Of a DNA stretch of 64,000 bases, positions 1 to 7,496 are shown one piece after another. A program made the translations under genes and the position numbers. The notes under the pieces were generated by a model. It was not told the origin of the DNA. It was given only the letters and a program-made list of their open reading frames with translations, and ran no database searches. Origin of the DNA: a virus (Duplodnaviria > Caudoviricetes); IMG/VR virus record IMGVR_UViG_3300042567_001420; one strand, 5' to 3'. How positions within the stretch are numbered: position 1 is the stretch's first letter; each line of letters begins with the position of its first letter.

Positions 1-29
1 TTCAATCATCTACAGCATTAAATAGCATT

Positions 30-37
30 TATAAATA
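30..37 (+). promoter_or_regulatory. T4 gp55-type late promoter motif TATAAATA
   Basis: Exact TATAAATA in the AT-rich non-coding 1-220 region; may be chance. Confidence 0.3.
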
Positions 38-179
38 GGCTCGATTTATCGTCGATTTATTCTCTATTATAGCATAGTTATACACAGGTTATCCCCCGAT
101 TTAGCCGCTCTATATAGAGTTCGTTATCGAGACGCAGTCGCTGGGTTTATCTTTTCGTATCTTAATGAGTCTATTGTAC

Positions 180-187
180 TATAAATA
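180..187 (+). promoter_or_regulatory. T4 gp55-type late promoter motif TATAAATA
   Basis: Exact motif 33 nt upstream of plus-strand ORF 221..574. Confidence 0.55.
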
Positions 188-220
188 CTATATCCCGAAT
201 GTATTAGATTAGGTTAATAG

Positions 221-574
221 ATGTATAATAACGATAATAACGATGATATTCAAGAGAAAATGTCCGGTCTACATAAAGCCGCGATTGCTTCCGCTCATCG
301 TGGAACGCGTCAATCTCCTGAAACTAAAAAGAAAATATCAAAATCATTATCCGGGCAGAAATCAAATCATTCTGGGAAGAAACACGATAATGACGCTAAG
401 AATCGTATAAGTAATGCCCGTGGTCATTATGATCCGATTAAAGGTCGATCGTGGGTTGTTAACGCTGATGACAAGACTTATCGCAAAGATCATGCTCCTC
501 AGGGTTTTAAGAAACATAAACGCAAATTCAACGAAGATTATATGTCTTTTCGAGAGTTTATCGAGCGAGATTAA
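221..574 (+). CDS. Basic protein with NUMOD3-like DNA-binding motif
   Basis: HRGTRQSPETKKKISKSLSG resembles NUMOD3; no nuclease motif; ends in SFREFIE. Confidence 0.55.
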   Translation: MYNNDNNDDIQEKMSGLHKAAIASAHRGTRQSPETKKKISKSLSGQKSNHSGKKHDNDAKNRISNARGHYDPIKGRSWVVNADDKTYRKDHAPQGFKKHKRKFNEDYMSFREFIERD

Positions 575-945
575 TCTCTATCTCGCATAGAATCTATCAT
601 GCTATTATCTGCCAATTGCTGAAGATTATGTGCATTATCTACGGTCGTTTCCAATGCTTTCCATCTATAATCTATTACGTGATTATTATCTAATGATTGT
701 ACTGGTTCTGCAGTATATTCCGTATTAGTTTTATTCTTGCTCATTCTTATAACTTCTTTAATCGTTTCTATATCAGATCTCTCGTTATAAGTACCAGTAA
801 AATATCCTTCTATATTCCGCATTCCTTTTAGATCTCTTGTGGAGTTGACATATAGATAAATTACGTTAATATCATCTTTATGCTTATCGAGAAATGCATA
901 ATATTCCCGCATATTACCCGCTACTACGAATTTTCTTTTAATCAT
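571..945 (-). CDS. Hypothetical protein
   Basis: 124-aa ORF continuing the chain of minus-strand genes. Confidence 0.6.
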   Translation of the reverse strand: MIKRKFVVAGNMREYYAFLDKHKDDINVIYLYVNSTRDLKGMRNIEGYFTGTYNERSDIETIKEVIRMSKNKTNTEYTAEPVQSLDNNHVIDYRWKALETTVDNAHNLQQLADNSMIDSMRDRD

Positions 946-1018
946 ATGGTGGACCTTTATCCGTGAGTACGATTGCTATTACCAGAATCATTAATACAAT
1001 AAACGCTAATTCTGGCAT
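938..1018 (-). CDS. Micro membrane peptide (26 aa, MPELAFIVLMILVIAIVLTDKGPPYD)
   Basis: Hand-translated; fills the gap; TAAATG junction with upstream ORF; single hydrophobic helix. Confidence 0.4.
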   Translation of the reverse strand: MPELAFIVLMILVIAIVLTDKGPPYD

Positions 1019-1138
1019 TTAGTCTTTACCCAGGAGGATTGCCATAGAACATGCGATCAATGACAGAATCAAATAGTAAACGTCGTTCGTGGATATTGCG
1101 TATGCTGAAAAGATTATAGCAATAACGTAGAATATCAT
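1019..1138 (-). CDS. Small membrane peptide (39 aa, MIFYVIAIIFSAYAISTNDVYYLILSLIACSMAILLGKD)
   Basis: Hand-translated; fills the gap exactly; two short hydrophobic segments. Confidence 0.45.
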   Translation of the reverse strand: MIFYVIAIIFSAYAISTNDVYYLILSLIACSMAILLGKD

Positions 1139-1139
1139 T

Positions 1140-1319
1140 TTAATCTATACCCAGATTGTGTTGCTTCTTATAATAGTTGTTTTGACCAAGATCGTGACGA
1201 GTCAGTTCAATTACTTTATTCGCGAATTCTTGCAGAATAACATCAGTTGATTCCGAATGATCTAAAGGATCTCGATCTAATATTGTGACATATTCGTCGA
1301 TCAGATTATCAAGATTCAT
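1140..1319 (-). CDS. Hypothetical protein (start revised to MNLDNL)
   Basis: Purine-rich RBS GAGGAAG precedes ATG at 1319. Confidence 0.55.
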   Translation of the reverse strand: MNLDNLIDEYVTILDRDPLDHSESTDVILQEFANKVIELTRHDLGQNNYYKKQHNLGID

Positions 1320-1497
1320 ATTCTTCCTCTTCCAGCATTGAGCAATAATCATTGTACATTACGTCGAGTCGAATTGGATCTAATTCTTTCAATGCATATC
1401 CAAAACTGTATTCAATGCCAGCTAGATTAACCGGCGGATATTCGTCGTTTAACATTTCTAAAAATTCGTATTTGCTCATATTATGGTCTGCTTTCAT
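1309..1497 (-). CDS. Hypothetical acidic small protein
   Basis: ORF overlapping neighbours in an operon-like chain. Confidence 0.55.
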   Translation of the reverse strand: MKADHNMSKYEFLEMLNDEYPPVNLAGIEYSFGYALKELDPIRLDVMYNDYCSMLEEEEYES

Positions 1498-1702
1498 AAA
1501 ATAGACATTCCCAAACTCGTTCGCGAACTACTGTATCTGTCGCTTCTTCGAAGCCTAAATCATTAGCCAATTGCTCTAATAATCCCTTTACTTGTGACCA
1601 GGTCAGATTGGCTCTTTTAGCTAAATCAACAATGCGATATACTTCGTAATCACCTTTTTCGGTGAACATTCCAAATTCTGGTACAACTATATTATTAACC
1701 AT
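1481..1702 (-). CDS. Hypothetical protein
   Basis: ORF in tight chain. Confidence 0.6.
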   Translation of the reverse strand: MVNNIVVPEFGMFTEKGDYEVYRIVDLAKRANLTWSQVKGLLEQLANDLGFEEATDTVVRERVWECLFYESRP

Positions 1703-1988
1703 AATGTTCCATTTCGTCTAAAAGATAAACACGTTTGACAAGCGAACTGATGCTTGATGCTGGGTGCCAGTAATGAGGCATATCTTCTACTGTTGCGTTA
1801 TATATCTCAAATGCTGTTGGTCTTGTAATAACGGTGCCGTGTGCTCCGAATACGTGTGCCATAGAATCCCAGCGTACGTTCACTCTGTGAATAGCATCTT
1901 CTGGCTGATGCTCTCTGGAAATAAAATAAGTCTCAGAACCATCTTGCCAGGTCTCTTTAACTACGTAATCTTTTCTATCGTCTCTCAT
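1695..1988 (-). CDS. Hypothetical protein
   Basis: ORF in tight chain. Confidence 0.6.
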   Translation of the reverse strand: MRDDRKDYVVKETWQDGSETYFISREHQPEDAIHRVNVRWDSMAHVFGAHGTVITRPTAFEIYNATVEDMPHYWHPASSISSLVKRVYLLDEMEHYG

Positions 1989-1989
1989 T

Positions 1990-2190
1990 TTAGCAATCCA
2001 ATTCCAGCATTTCTATGTTAGTTGCGATATCAGTAAGCCCGTCGTCATGCGACTCACGAATTAGATTCTGTTCTGCATTTTGTGCAAATTCCAGTGTGCT
2101 ATAAACGCCAGTGTTGTAAAATGCAAATTCGTTATCACCTAGACCCTGTGCTTGTAAAATGTATACTGTCATTTTGTTTTCCTTTTTCAT
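1990..2190 (-). CDS. Hypothetical early protein
   Basis: Immediately downstream of sigma70-like promoter; alternative start MTVY with AAGGAA RBS. Confidence 0.6.
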   Translation of the reverse strand: MKKENKMTVYILQAQGLGDNEFAFYNTGVYSTLEFAQNAEQNLIRESHDDGLTDIATNIEMLELDC

Positions 2191-2196
2191 GTCTTA

Positions 2197-2225
2197 ATTA
2201 TAGCACAATTTGGACAACCTGTCAA
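2197..2225 (-). promoter_or_regulatory. Sigma70-type early promoter TTGACA-N17-TATAAT
   Basis: Perfect consensus on minus strand: TTGACAggttgtccaaattgtgcTATAAT. Confidence 0.9.
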
Positions 2226-2249
2226 GCAAAAACCCTTTGGAAACTAGGG

Positions 2250-2552
2250 TTACTGCGAGTTCAATGTTGGTGAGTACTCACCAATTAACTGGCGTTCTAA
2301 AGCGTGAGCTGGAGCTTTGCCTCTGACGATCGCAAGTTCTTGTGCAACAAACGCTGAGACCCCGTAGGACCTGATAGCGTCGCATAGCGTCCAGGACTTG
2401 TGCTCAGTCAATGCCCGTCTAATGTGCTTTTGTACGCGGATTTTGAGGTCCTGCTTGCGAAAACCCTGAGTAATTCCGATGTAGAAATCTCCAGTTGCTA
2501 CATTTTGTAGCATGTAAACGATATGACGTCTGTCTGATCTTTTCTTTCTCAT
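2250..2552 (-). CDS. Small GIY-YIG-like nuclease-domain protein
   Basis: IVYMLQN...FYIGIT, downstream R in KIRVQKH, and LERQLI..Y.P.LN pattern. Confidence 0.65.
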   Translation of the reverse strand: MRKKRSDRRHIVYMLQNVATGDFYIGITQGFRKQDLKIRVQKHIRRALTEHKSWTLCDAIRSYGVSAFVAQELAIVRGKAPAHALERQLIGEYSPTLNSQ

Positions 2553-2558
2553 GCCCTA

Positions 2559-2587
2559 ATTATAGCACATTTTGGCTAAAAGGACAA
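2559..2587 (-). promoter_or_regulatory. Sigma70-type early promoter TTGTCC-N17-TATAAT
   Basis: Near-consensus; spacer similar to the 2197 and 4481 copies. Confidence 0.8.
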
Positions 2588-2614
2588 GCAATAACCCTTC
2601 AGACTTCTGGGGTA

Positions 2615-2643
2615 TTGACAAAACACTTAAAAGATGTTAAAAT
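2615..2643 (+). promoter_or_regulatory. Sigma70-type promoter TTGACA-N17-TAAAAT, facing antisense into ORF 2647..2928
   Basis: Near-perfect consensus; no credible plus-strand gene follows. Confidence 0.65.
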
Positions 2644-2646
2644 GCA

Positions 2647-2928
2647 CTACTTGACACCAAAGTAATCCTTGATATCTTTGCGTGCATTAGCCAGCGCAGA
2701 TACAACAACCGCCTGATCAAATGTCGTGAATGCAGATGATGTGCTGGCATTGGCAACGACACCTACCGCTTCATTAATCAAGTGATGCAAAAAGGCATCA
2801 AAGCATTTATTGTCAACTCCTTGCCAGTCCACATGTCCTGGCCCAGGTCCCCATGGCTCATCTTGCCACATAGGCATGTCTGCCTTTTCCATTATTCTTT
2901 TTATATTTTCATTCATGCTGTTATCCAT
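2647..2928 (-). CDS. Hypothetical protein
   Basis: 93-aa ORF; ends KDYFGVK. Confidence 0.6.
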   Translation of the reverse strand: MDNSMNENIKRIMEKADMPMWQDEPWGPGPGHVDWQGVDNKCFDAFLHHLINEAVGVVANASTSSAFTTFDQAVVVSALANARKDIKDYFGVK

Positions 2929-3224
2929 TTTTCTTGGTCTTTGAATATGATAGATTCTGCACCATCATACTCATCTATTATAAATTCTGTACCGACTGGT
3001 ACCCACACTACTGTGAGATCGCTAGCTCCGCCAAAATACTGATTGGGATACTTGGCCTCGCAATACAATTCAATTGTATCAGGCCTTGTACCATCGCCAA
3101 CCATTTGAACAATAGCTGGGTCAAATAGCAATTCTGGCACATCTCTATTCCAAGTAGACCAACCTGCACCGAAACCCGGCGATACCAGTACAGCAACTCT
3201 GCCGTCTCTAATTACTTTTTCCAT
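2913..3224 (-). CDS. Conserved phage hypothetical protein
   Basis: VAVLVSPGFGAGWSTWN ... IDEYDGAE pattern recalled from phage proteins of unknown function. Confidence 0.7.
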   Translation of the reverse strand: MEKVIRDGRVAVLVSPGFGAGWSTWNRDVPELLFDPAIVQMVGDGTRPDTIELYCEAKYPNQYFGGASDLTVVWVPVGTEFIIDEYDGAESIIFKDQEKWITA

Positions 3225-3230
3225 ATCAAA

Positions 3231-3782
3231 TCACTCCTCGATATTATCTTTTTCATACTGATACATATTATCGCTGATACCAAACTCGGCATCTAGCTCT
3301 TCGGGAATAGTGCGCTCGACATCTTCTGCTGACATTGTGCCGAGTTCATAGTAATCGTCTGAACCATTAGAATACATTCCAGCAAAGCACATACCGGACT
3401 CATAGTATTTTGCCTCAACCTGAAAACCCATACGTTCTAGCTTTTCATAAAACGGAACAGGTGGTGCCCATGCTGTATCAAATACTGCCTCAAGCGTATC
3501 TGGGTATTCTTCATAGGTATCAACGCTATGGCATTCTGTATCCCATTTCGTTCCCCATTCATTTACGCAAAAATCATACCAGGATGCGTAACCAAACTTC
3601 TCGATGTTTGACTTTGTCAATTTTTCGTCTGTTTCTGACGATGCAATTGATTCGGATAATCCTTTCGGTACTGGAACAAACTCATTAAAGAATGTACCAT
3701 TTGTCAAAGCGTCGCGCGCTCGAATAATCATAGCGGGGTCTTCATGAGTGAGGCGAACTGTATTACTGCACCAATTAGGCAT
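3231..3782 (-). CDS. DUF1281/YubB-like ferredoxin-fold protein
   Basis: MPNWCSN start, WYDF..NEWGTKWD and FDTAWAPP motifs. Confidence 0.75.
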   Translation of the reverse strand: MPNWCSNTVRLTHEDPAMIIRARDALTNGTFFNEFVPVPKGLSESIASSETDEKLTKSNIEKFGYASWYDFCVNEWGTKWDTECHSVDTYEEYPDTLEAVFDTAWAPPVPFYEKLERMGFQVEAKYYESGMCFAGMYSNGSDDYYELGTMSAEDVERTIPEELDAEFGISDNMYQYEKDNIEE

Positions 3783-3791
3783 ATCTATTCC

Positions 3792-4061
3792 TTAAATCAA
3801 ATCAATTTGTACTTGCTTAGCAATCTGAGTAGTATTCATACTCTTTATGCTAACCATCGTTGGTAATTCTTTGTTTGCTCTTTCAGCAAAATAGCGATCG
3901 CTACTCAAACGCAACAACCCATCCCATGCTGCCTGCTTCAAGCTGTGATGAGCATATACATTGAATATATTTCCGACCGTAGTATAGATTCCAAAGCCAT
4001 CTATAATGACTCGGATCTTTTGTGAATTCTTTAAACCGTCAACCAATGTCTTTGTACGCAT
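3792..4061 (-). CDS. Hypothetical protein
   Basis: ORF with AAGGAA RBS. Confidence 0.6.
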   Translation of the reverse strand: MRTKTLVDGLKNSQKIRVIIDGFGIYTTVGNIFNVYAHHSLKQAAWDGLLRLSSDRYFAERANKELPTMVSIKSMNTTQIAKQVQIDLI

Positions 4062-4070
4062 TATAATTCC

Positions 4071-4142
4071 TTAGTCAATATAAAAAAGATGTATTGCTAG
4101 ACCCAAACAAACACCAATACACATTCCTAATAAAATATTCAT
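4071..4142 (-). CDS. Micro membrane peptide (23 aa, MNILLGMCIGVCLGLAIHLFYID)
   Basis: Hand-translated; TAATG overlap with upstream stop; GxxxG helix. Confidence 0.45.
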   Translation of the reverse strand: MNILLGMCIGVCLGLAIHLFYID

Positions 4143-4456
4143 TACCATGCCAACTCCTTGACGGGGAAACGAATCTTGCCTTCGTAGTCAAGCTGTGACT
4201 GCTCGAACTCTGTCAAATAGTCGTCGCCGACAATGTTCCAGCTTAGGATATACTCACGATAGAACTCGTCGTCACTCTCAATCTTTGGACGTAAACAAAA
4301 GATTGCTTTGACAGCCTCTTCATCGCCACCTTTGAAGTTCTTAATAGCGTAATCGCTACCGCCTTTGGCTTTCCAGTATTGAGGACACTCGCCAGTACCA
4401 TCCCAATCGTGAGCACCATAATTTTCGTATACTTGAGTTGATATAACTAATTTCAT
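4142..4456 (-). CDS. Conserved phage hypothetical protein
   Basis: TQVYENYGAHDWDG.GECPQYWKAKGG motif; AAGGAA RBS; promoter upstream. Confidence 0.7.
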   Translation of the reverse strand: MKLVISTQVYENYGAHDWDGTGECPQYWKAKGGSDYAIKNFKGGDEEAVKAIFCLRPKIESDDEFYREYILSWNIVGDDYLTEFEQSQLDYEGKIRFPVKELAW

Positions 4457-4480
4457 ATATTTCCTTCTTACTATGCCTCA

Positions 4481-4509
4481 ATTATAGCACATTTTGGACA
4501 ACCTGTCAA
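4481..4509 (-). promoter_or_regulatory. Sigma70-type early promoter TTGACA-N17-TATAAT
   Basis: Perfect consensus; spacer differs by one base from the 2197 copy. Confidence 0.9.
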
Positions 4510-4546
4510 GCATTCCCGAGCAATTTGTATGGGTACTATAAAACGC

Positions 4547-4575
4547 TTGACAGAACACTTGAACGATGTTATAAT
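4547..4575 (+). promoter_or_regulatory. Sigma70-type promoter TTGACA-N17-TATAAT, facing antisense into ORF 4585..4872
   Basis: Perfect consensus; no credible plus-strand gene follows. Confidence 0.75.
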
Positions 4576-4584
4576 GCAAACCGA

Positions 4585-4872
4585 TTATTCACCTCGATAT
4601 ATTACCAGAGTTTTAACATTAACTTTAACTCCAGTATATATTGGTTCATATATTTGCTGTTCACCATCCCATTGATCTTGGTCAAAATCATTATGAGTTT
4701 CTTTAATAGGTTTAAATGTTATCTGATTATTAGTATGATGTGATTTGACATATACTGTATTAGGAAAGATAATCGAGCCAGCTATTTTCTCTGTAGAGAT
4801 AGTTAATCGTTTGGCTTTAGGATGATAAACACAATCTTTAGTGTTTAATACTAATTCTCTATTATACGTCAT
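4585..4872 (-). CDS. Hypothetical protein
   Basis: 95-aa ORF in chain. Confidence 0.6.
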   Translation of the reverse strand: MTYNRELVLNTKDCVYHPKAKRLTISTEKIAGSIIFPNTVYVKSHHTNNQITFKPIKETHNDFDQDQWDGEQQIYEPIYTGVKVNVKTLVIYRGE

Positions 4873-5116
4873 AATTGGTTAATCTTTTAATATCTTTGGG
4901 TTTGACAATAAGTATATGCTTGTATATTTCGTCTTCGATCTTGAAAGGTAAATCAAGATGAATAGTTACTGTGGGGCCTTGTTGTTCGTTGATAACCCTG
5001 TCATTACCCACAGAGCCTACCCACCTAACACCTTTGTACACTCCAGTAACTCTATCACCTAATTGATATTTACCAAAGTATCTAATAGATTCAAAATGAT
5101 CTTTTAGACTAGCCAT
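4862..5116 (-). CDS. Hypothetical protein, possibly SH3/KOW-like beta fold
   Basis: YQLGDRVTG start, beta-rich. Confidence 0.55.
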   Translation of the reverse strand: MASLKDHFESIRYFGKYQLGDRVTGVYKGVRWVGSVGNDRVINEQQGPTVTIHLDLPFKIEDEIYKHILIVKPKDIKRLTNYDV

Positions 5117-5345
5117 TCTTGAGTTTATTACCTAATGTGAATTTACTTAGAACATCTTTAGCAAGAGAGAAATCATCGACATCTTCTTCTAGATATATTT
5201 TCTCTTTTCTATATGCAGTAATCAATTCATTTGCATATGCAATATCATCAAAACTACAATTTTCAAGCCAGTGTCTAAATGTCTCATCGTCTGCTTTCAA
5301 TAAGAACATTAAATTTCCCATATCTCGGTCTGTCATATTAAGCAC
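5109..5345 (-). CDS. Hypothetical protein
   Basis: ORF overlapping neighbours. Confidence 0.6.
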   Translation of the reverse strand: MLNMTDRDMGNLMFLLKADDETFRHWLENCSFDDIAYANELITAYRKEKIYLEEDVDDFSLAKDVLSKFTLGNKLKNG

Positions 5346-6246
5346 CTTGTGTCAATACATACTTAGCCAATTGTTTCCAATCGCCACCTTCTGCACGAAT
5401 CTTTGTCGTTGAGATTAACGAACGCAAACTCAAGTTCTCAATGCTGTTGCCAATTGTCTTGATGAATGCAATTGCGTCAGCTTTATGTGATGTTGCAAAC
5501 TCTGGCATAAACTCTGAATCGCCAATCAACACTTCCATGCGCTCAATCTTTTGTGCTTGTGTCATGCTCAAGTCAACGCACATTGCACGACTCTTAACAG
5601 CTTGGTCTACACGATCAAGATCCATGTTCGAGATAAACACAATGCTACCTGTAAACTTGAAACTGCGGGGCAGATCGTCATCTTTCATATCTGCATTCCA
5701 GTTGATCCAGCGTTCGCCGTATGAGTCAAGTGCACCCTTGAGCAAGTTAAGAGCAACTGGGTCTTTGAGCACGCTATCGCAGTCATCAAATACTAATACT
5801 TGACCATTGCCTTCGAACAATGTGCGATACAGACCTTTAGCAGTACTGTAACCTTTTACAATGCGAAAACTCTTTTCACTATTAATGCGAGCACCTTCTT
5901 CGAACTGTGCTAAGTCTGTGGTGTCAATCAAGTTCTGTGCTTTGAGTGATTTCAAAACAGTATGTGTCTTACCCAAGCCACCTTGGCCTGTGATAATTGC
6001 CGATGCGATAGTCTTTTTAGCAACCATTGAGACCATTTGTGCAACAAAGTCAAAACGCTTGTTGATACCAAATTCGTCAACCTTGGGCTGGGTATTTACA
6101 GTACCGCTTACTGGTTCTACTTGCAAACCTAATTTAGCAATCTGGTCGCGCACATAAGATTCGTGACGTGATCTTGAGACCATTTTGCCATCAACAAAAC
6201 CTTCGAAACGATTCTTTGCTTTGTTGAAAATTACTTTTACACGCAT
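5338..6246 (-). CDS. AAA+ ATPase, T4 NrdC.10-like
   Basis: Walker A GQGGLGKT, Walker B VLVFDDCD, LNLLKGALD and F.F.GSIVFISN motifs; AGGAG RBS. Confidence 0.8.
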   Translation of the reverse strand: MRVKVIFNKAKNRFEGFVDGKMVSRSRHESYVRDQIAKLGLQVEPVSGTVNTQPKVDEFGINKRFDFVAQMVSMVAKKTIASAIITGQGGLGKTHTVLKSLKAQNLIDTTDLAQFEEGARINSEKSFRIVKGYSTAKGLYRTLFEGNGQVLVFDDCDSVLKDPVALNLLKGALDSYGERWINWNADMKDDDLPRSFKFTGSIVFISNMDLDRVDQAVKSRAMCVDLSMTQAQKIERMEVLIGDSEFMPEFATSHKADAIAFIKTIGNSIENLSLRSLISTTKIRAEGGDWKQLAKYVLTQGA

Positions 6247-6277
6247 ACTAACTCCTGTTTTTGTTTGCTATATATCT

Positions 6278-6306
6278 ATTATAATTGCTTTTGCACATTT
6301 GCACAA
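6278..6306 (-). promoter_or_regulatory. Sigma70-type promoter TTGTGC-N17-TATAAT
   Basis: Upstream of the ATPase; flanked by the CCC-N12-GGG element like the other cassettes. Confidence 0.7.
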
Positions 6307-6365
6307 GCAAAGACCCTTTTGGCTTTATGGGTTCTTTTGATTTGCACAAATTTACTTTTCATCAT
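6279..6365 (-). CDS. Possible leaderless basic micro-peptide (28 aa, MMKSKFVQIKRTHKAKRVFACANVQKQL)
   Basis: ATG at the predicted +1 of the 6372-6400 promoter; overlaps the next promoter. Confidence 0.25.
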   Translation of the reverse strand: MMKSKFVQIKRTHKAKRVFACANVQKQL

Positions 6366-6371
6366 GTCATA

Positions 6372-6400
6372 ATTATATGTGCATTTGCACAGTTTGTCAA
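6372..6400 (-). promoter_or_regulatory. Sigma70-type early promoter TTGACA-N17-TATAAT
   Basis: Perfect consensus on minus strand. Confidence 0.85.
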
Positions 6401-6443
6401 GCGTTTTTAGTCAAAAAGATTCGAATTTCTGCTAAAAAAGTGC

Positions 6444-6472
6444 TTGACAGGAGATCAAAAAGAATATATAAT
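6444..6472 (+). promoter_or_regulatory. Sigma70-type early promoter TTGACA-N17-TATAAT for the plus-strand operon 6507-7586
   Basis: Perfect consensus upstream of a plus-strand gene chain. Confidence 0.9.
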
Positions 6473-6506
6473 CGAGGTAATATTATCTACAATATAGGGA
6501 TTCTAC

Positions 6507-6674
6507 ATGGATATTCAGCCAAAAGACATAAGTAAAGGTCATTTTTATATCAGTTTGATTAAAAGTGGAATGCGAATTATAGCAGGTGCATACTTAATCA
6601 CGGGTGATTTTGTTATTGCCGGTCTATTGTTAATTACTGCAGAACTATTGGGCATTCTTGAGGAGTTGGTATGA
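6507..6674 (+). CDS. Small membrane protein (55 aa, MDIQPKDISKGHFYISLIKSGMRIIAG...AELLGILEELV)
   Basis: Hand-translated; ATGA overlap with the next ORF; hydrophobic core. Confidence 0.7.
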   Translation: MDIQPKDISKGHFYISLIKSGMRIIAGAYLITGDFVIAGLLLITAELLGILEELV

Positions 6675-6862
6675 ACAATAACGACACAACAAAACAACGC
6701 ATGGAAGAATTAATGGCTCCTGTAGAACAACAGATTTTGATGTGCGATAATAGAGAAGATATACTAATGATGGCATGTGCTATGATGCAACGTACTCATG
6801 AGATATTTGTAAATGAATTGGGTGAGGATGGTGCTAAAATAATGTATGAAGATTATGTATAA
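6671..6862 (+). CDS. Hypothetical protein
   Basis: GAGGAG RBS; in operon. Confidence 0.65.
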   Translation: MNNNDTTKQRMEELMAPVEQQILMCDNREDILMMACAMMQRTHEIFVNELGEDGAKIMYEDYV

Positions 6863-7022
6863 AGATTCTAAATTTAGATTGTGGGTTTTTAGATTATGGC
6901 ATGAAAATCTAGAAGAAAGATTCCTACACAAAGAAGAACAAATAACTATTCAAGAATATTGGGAAAAATATAAATGGTGGATAAAAAGAGAATATCGACA
7001 TCAAACACGAAAGAACAAATAA
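6855..7022 (+). CDS. Hypothetical Trp-rich small protein (55 aa, MYKDSKFRLWVFRLWHENLEER...)
   Basis: Hand-translated; fills the gap; TAATG coupling to the next gene. Confidence 0.6.
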   Translation: MYKDSKFRLWVFRLWHENLEERFLHKEEQITIQEYWEKYKWWIKREYRHQTRKNK

Positions 7023-7225
7023 TGAGTTTTAGAAATCAAATCATCGATGCAACCGCAGCACGATACACCGCAGATATTGAACAGTTACGAATTGACGCTG
7101 AAGTATTATTACAACATACTGTGGGTGTGCCAGGTTCATCTAGCACCTGTGCATCATTCGATGCCATAGTAACACAGATTGCTTATTTGGAATCGAAGCT
7201 CGCATCTTTGTCATTATTTAAATGA
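7022..7225 (+). CDS. Small helical hypothetical protein (start revised to MSFRNQ)
   Basis: Coupled start at 7022; resembles a small T4-like phage protein family. Confidence 0.65.
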   Translation: MSFRNQIIDATAARYTADIEQLRIDAEVLLQHTVGVPGSSSTCASFDAIVTQIAYLESKLASLSLFK

Positions 7226-7494
7226 AAATCAAAGACGGAGAGACATTTGAACAATGGTCTGAAAGAGTCAGACAATTTGAATTCGGTTATGCCATGCAAG
7301 CATTGGCACACGGAACGCCCGCTGACACAATACTAGAACAGATGTCTATTCGCATCACAAATAAAATGAAACATTATATTCTCATTTGCATCAAAGTACC
7401 TTACAGTTATGATGTGAATAAAAATAAACTTGAATACGAACAAATAATGAAACTGATATCTCCGGTTGCGGATCATGTCACTTGGGATAATTAA
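7222..7494 (+). CDS. Hypothetical protein
   Basis: ATGA overlap; ETFEQWSERV motif. Confidence 0.65.
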   Translation: MKIKDGETFEQWSERVRQFEFGYAMQALAHGTPADTILEQMSIRITNKMKHYILICIKVPYSYDVNKNKLEYEQIMKLISPVADHVTWDN

Positions 7495-7496
7495 AA

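Noticed and set aside
4525-4743. Plus-strand ORF that might explain the 4547 promoter
   Set aside because: It starts upstream of the promoter, overlaps a real minus-strand gene and has an AT-noise composition.
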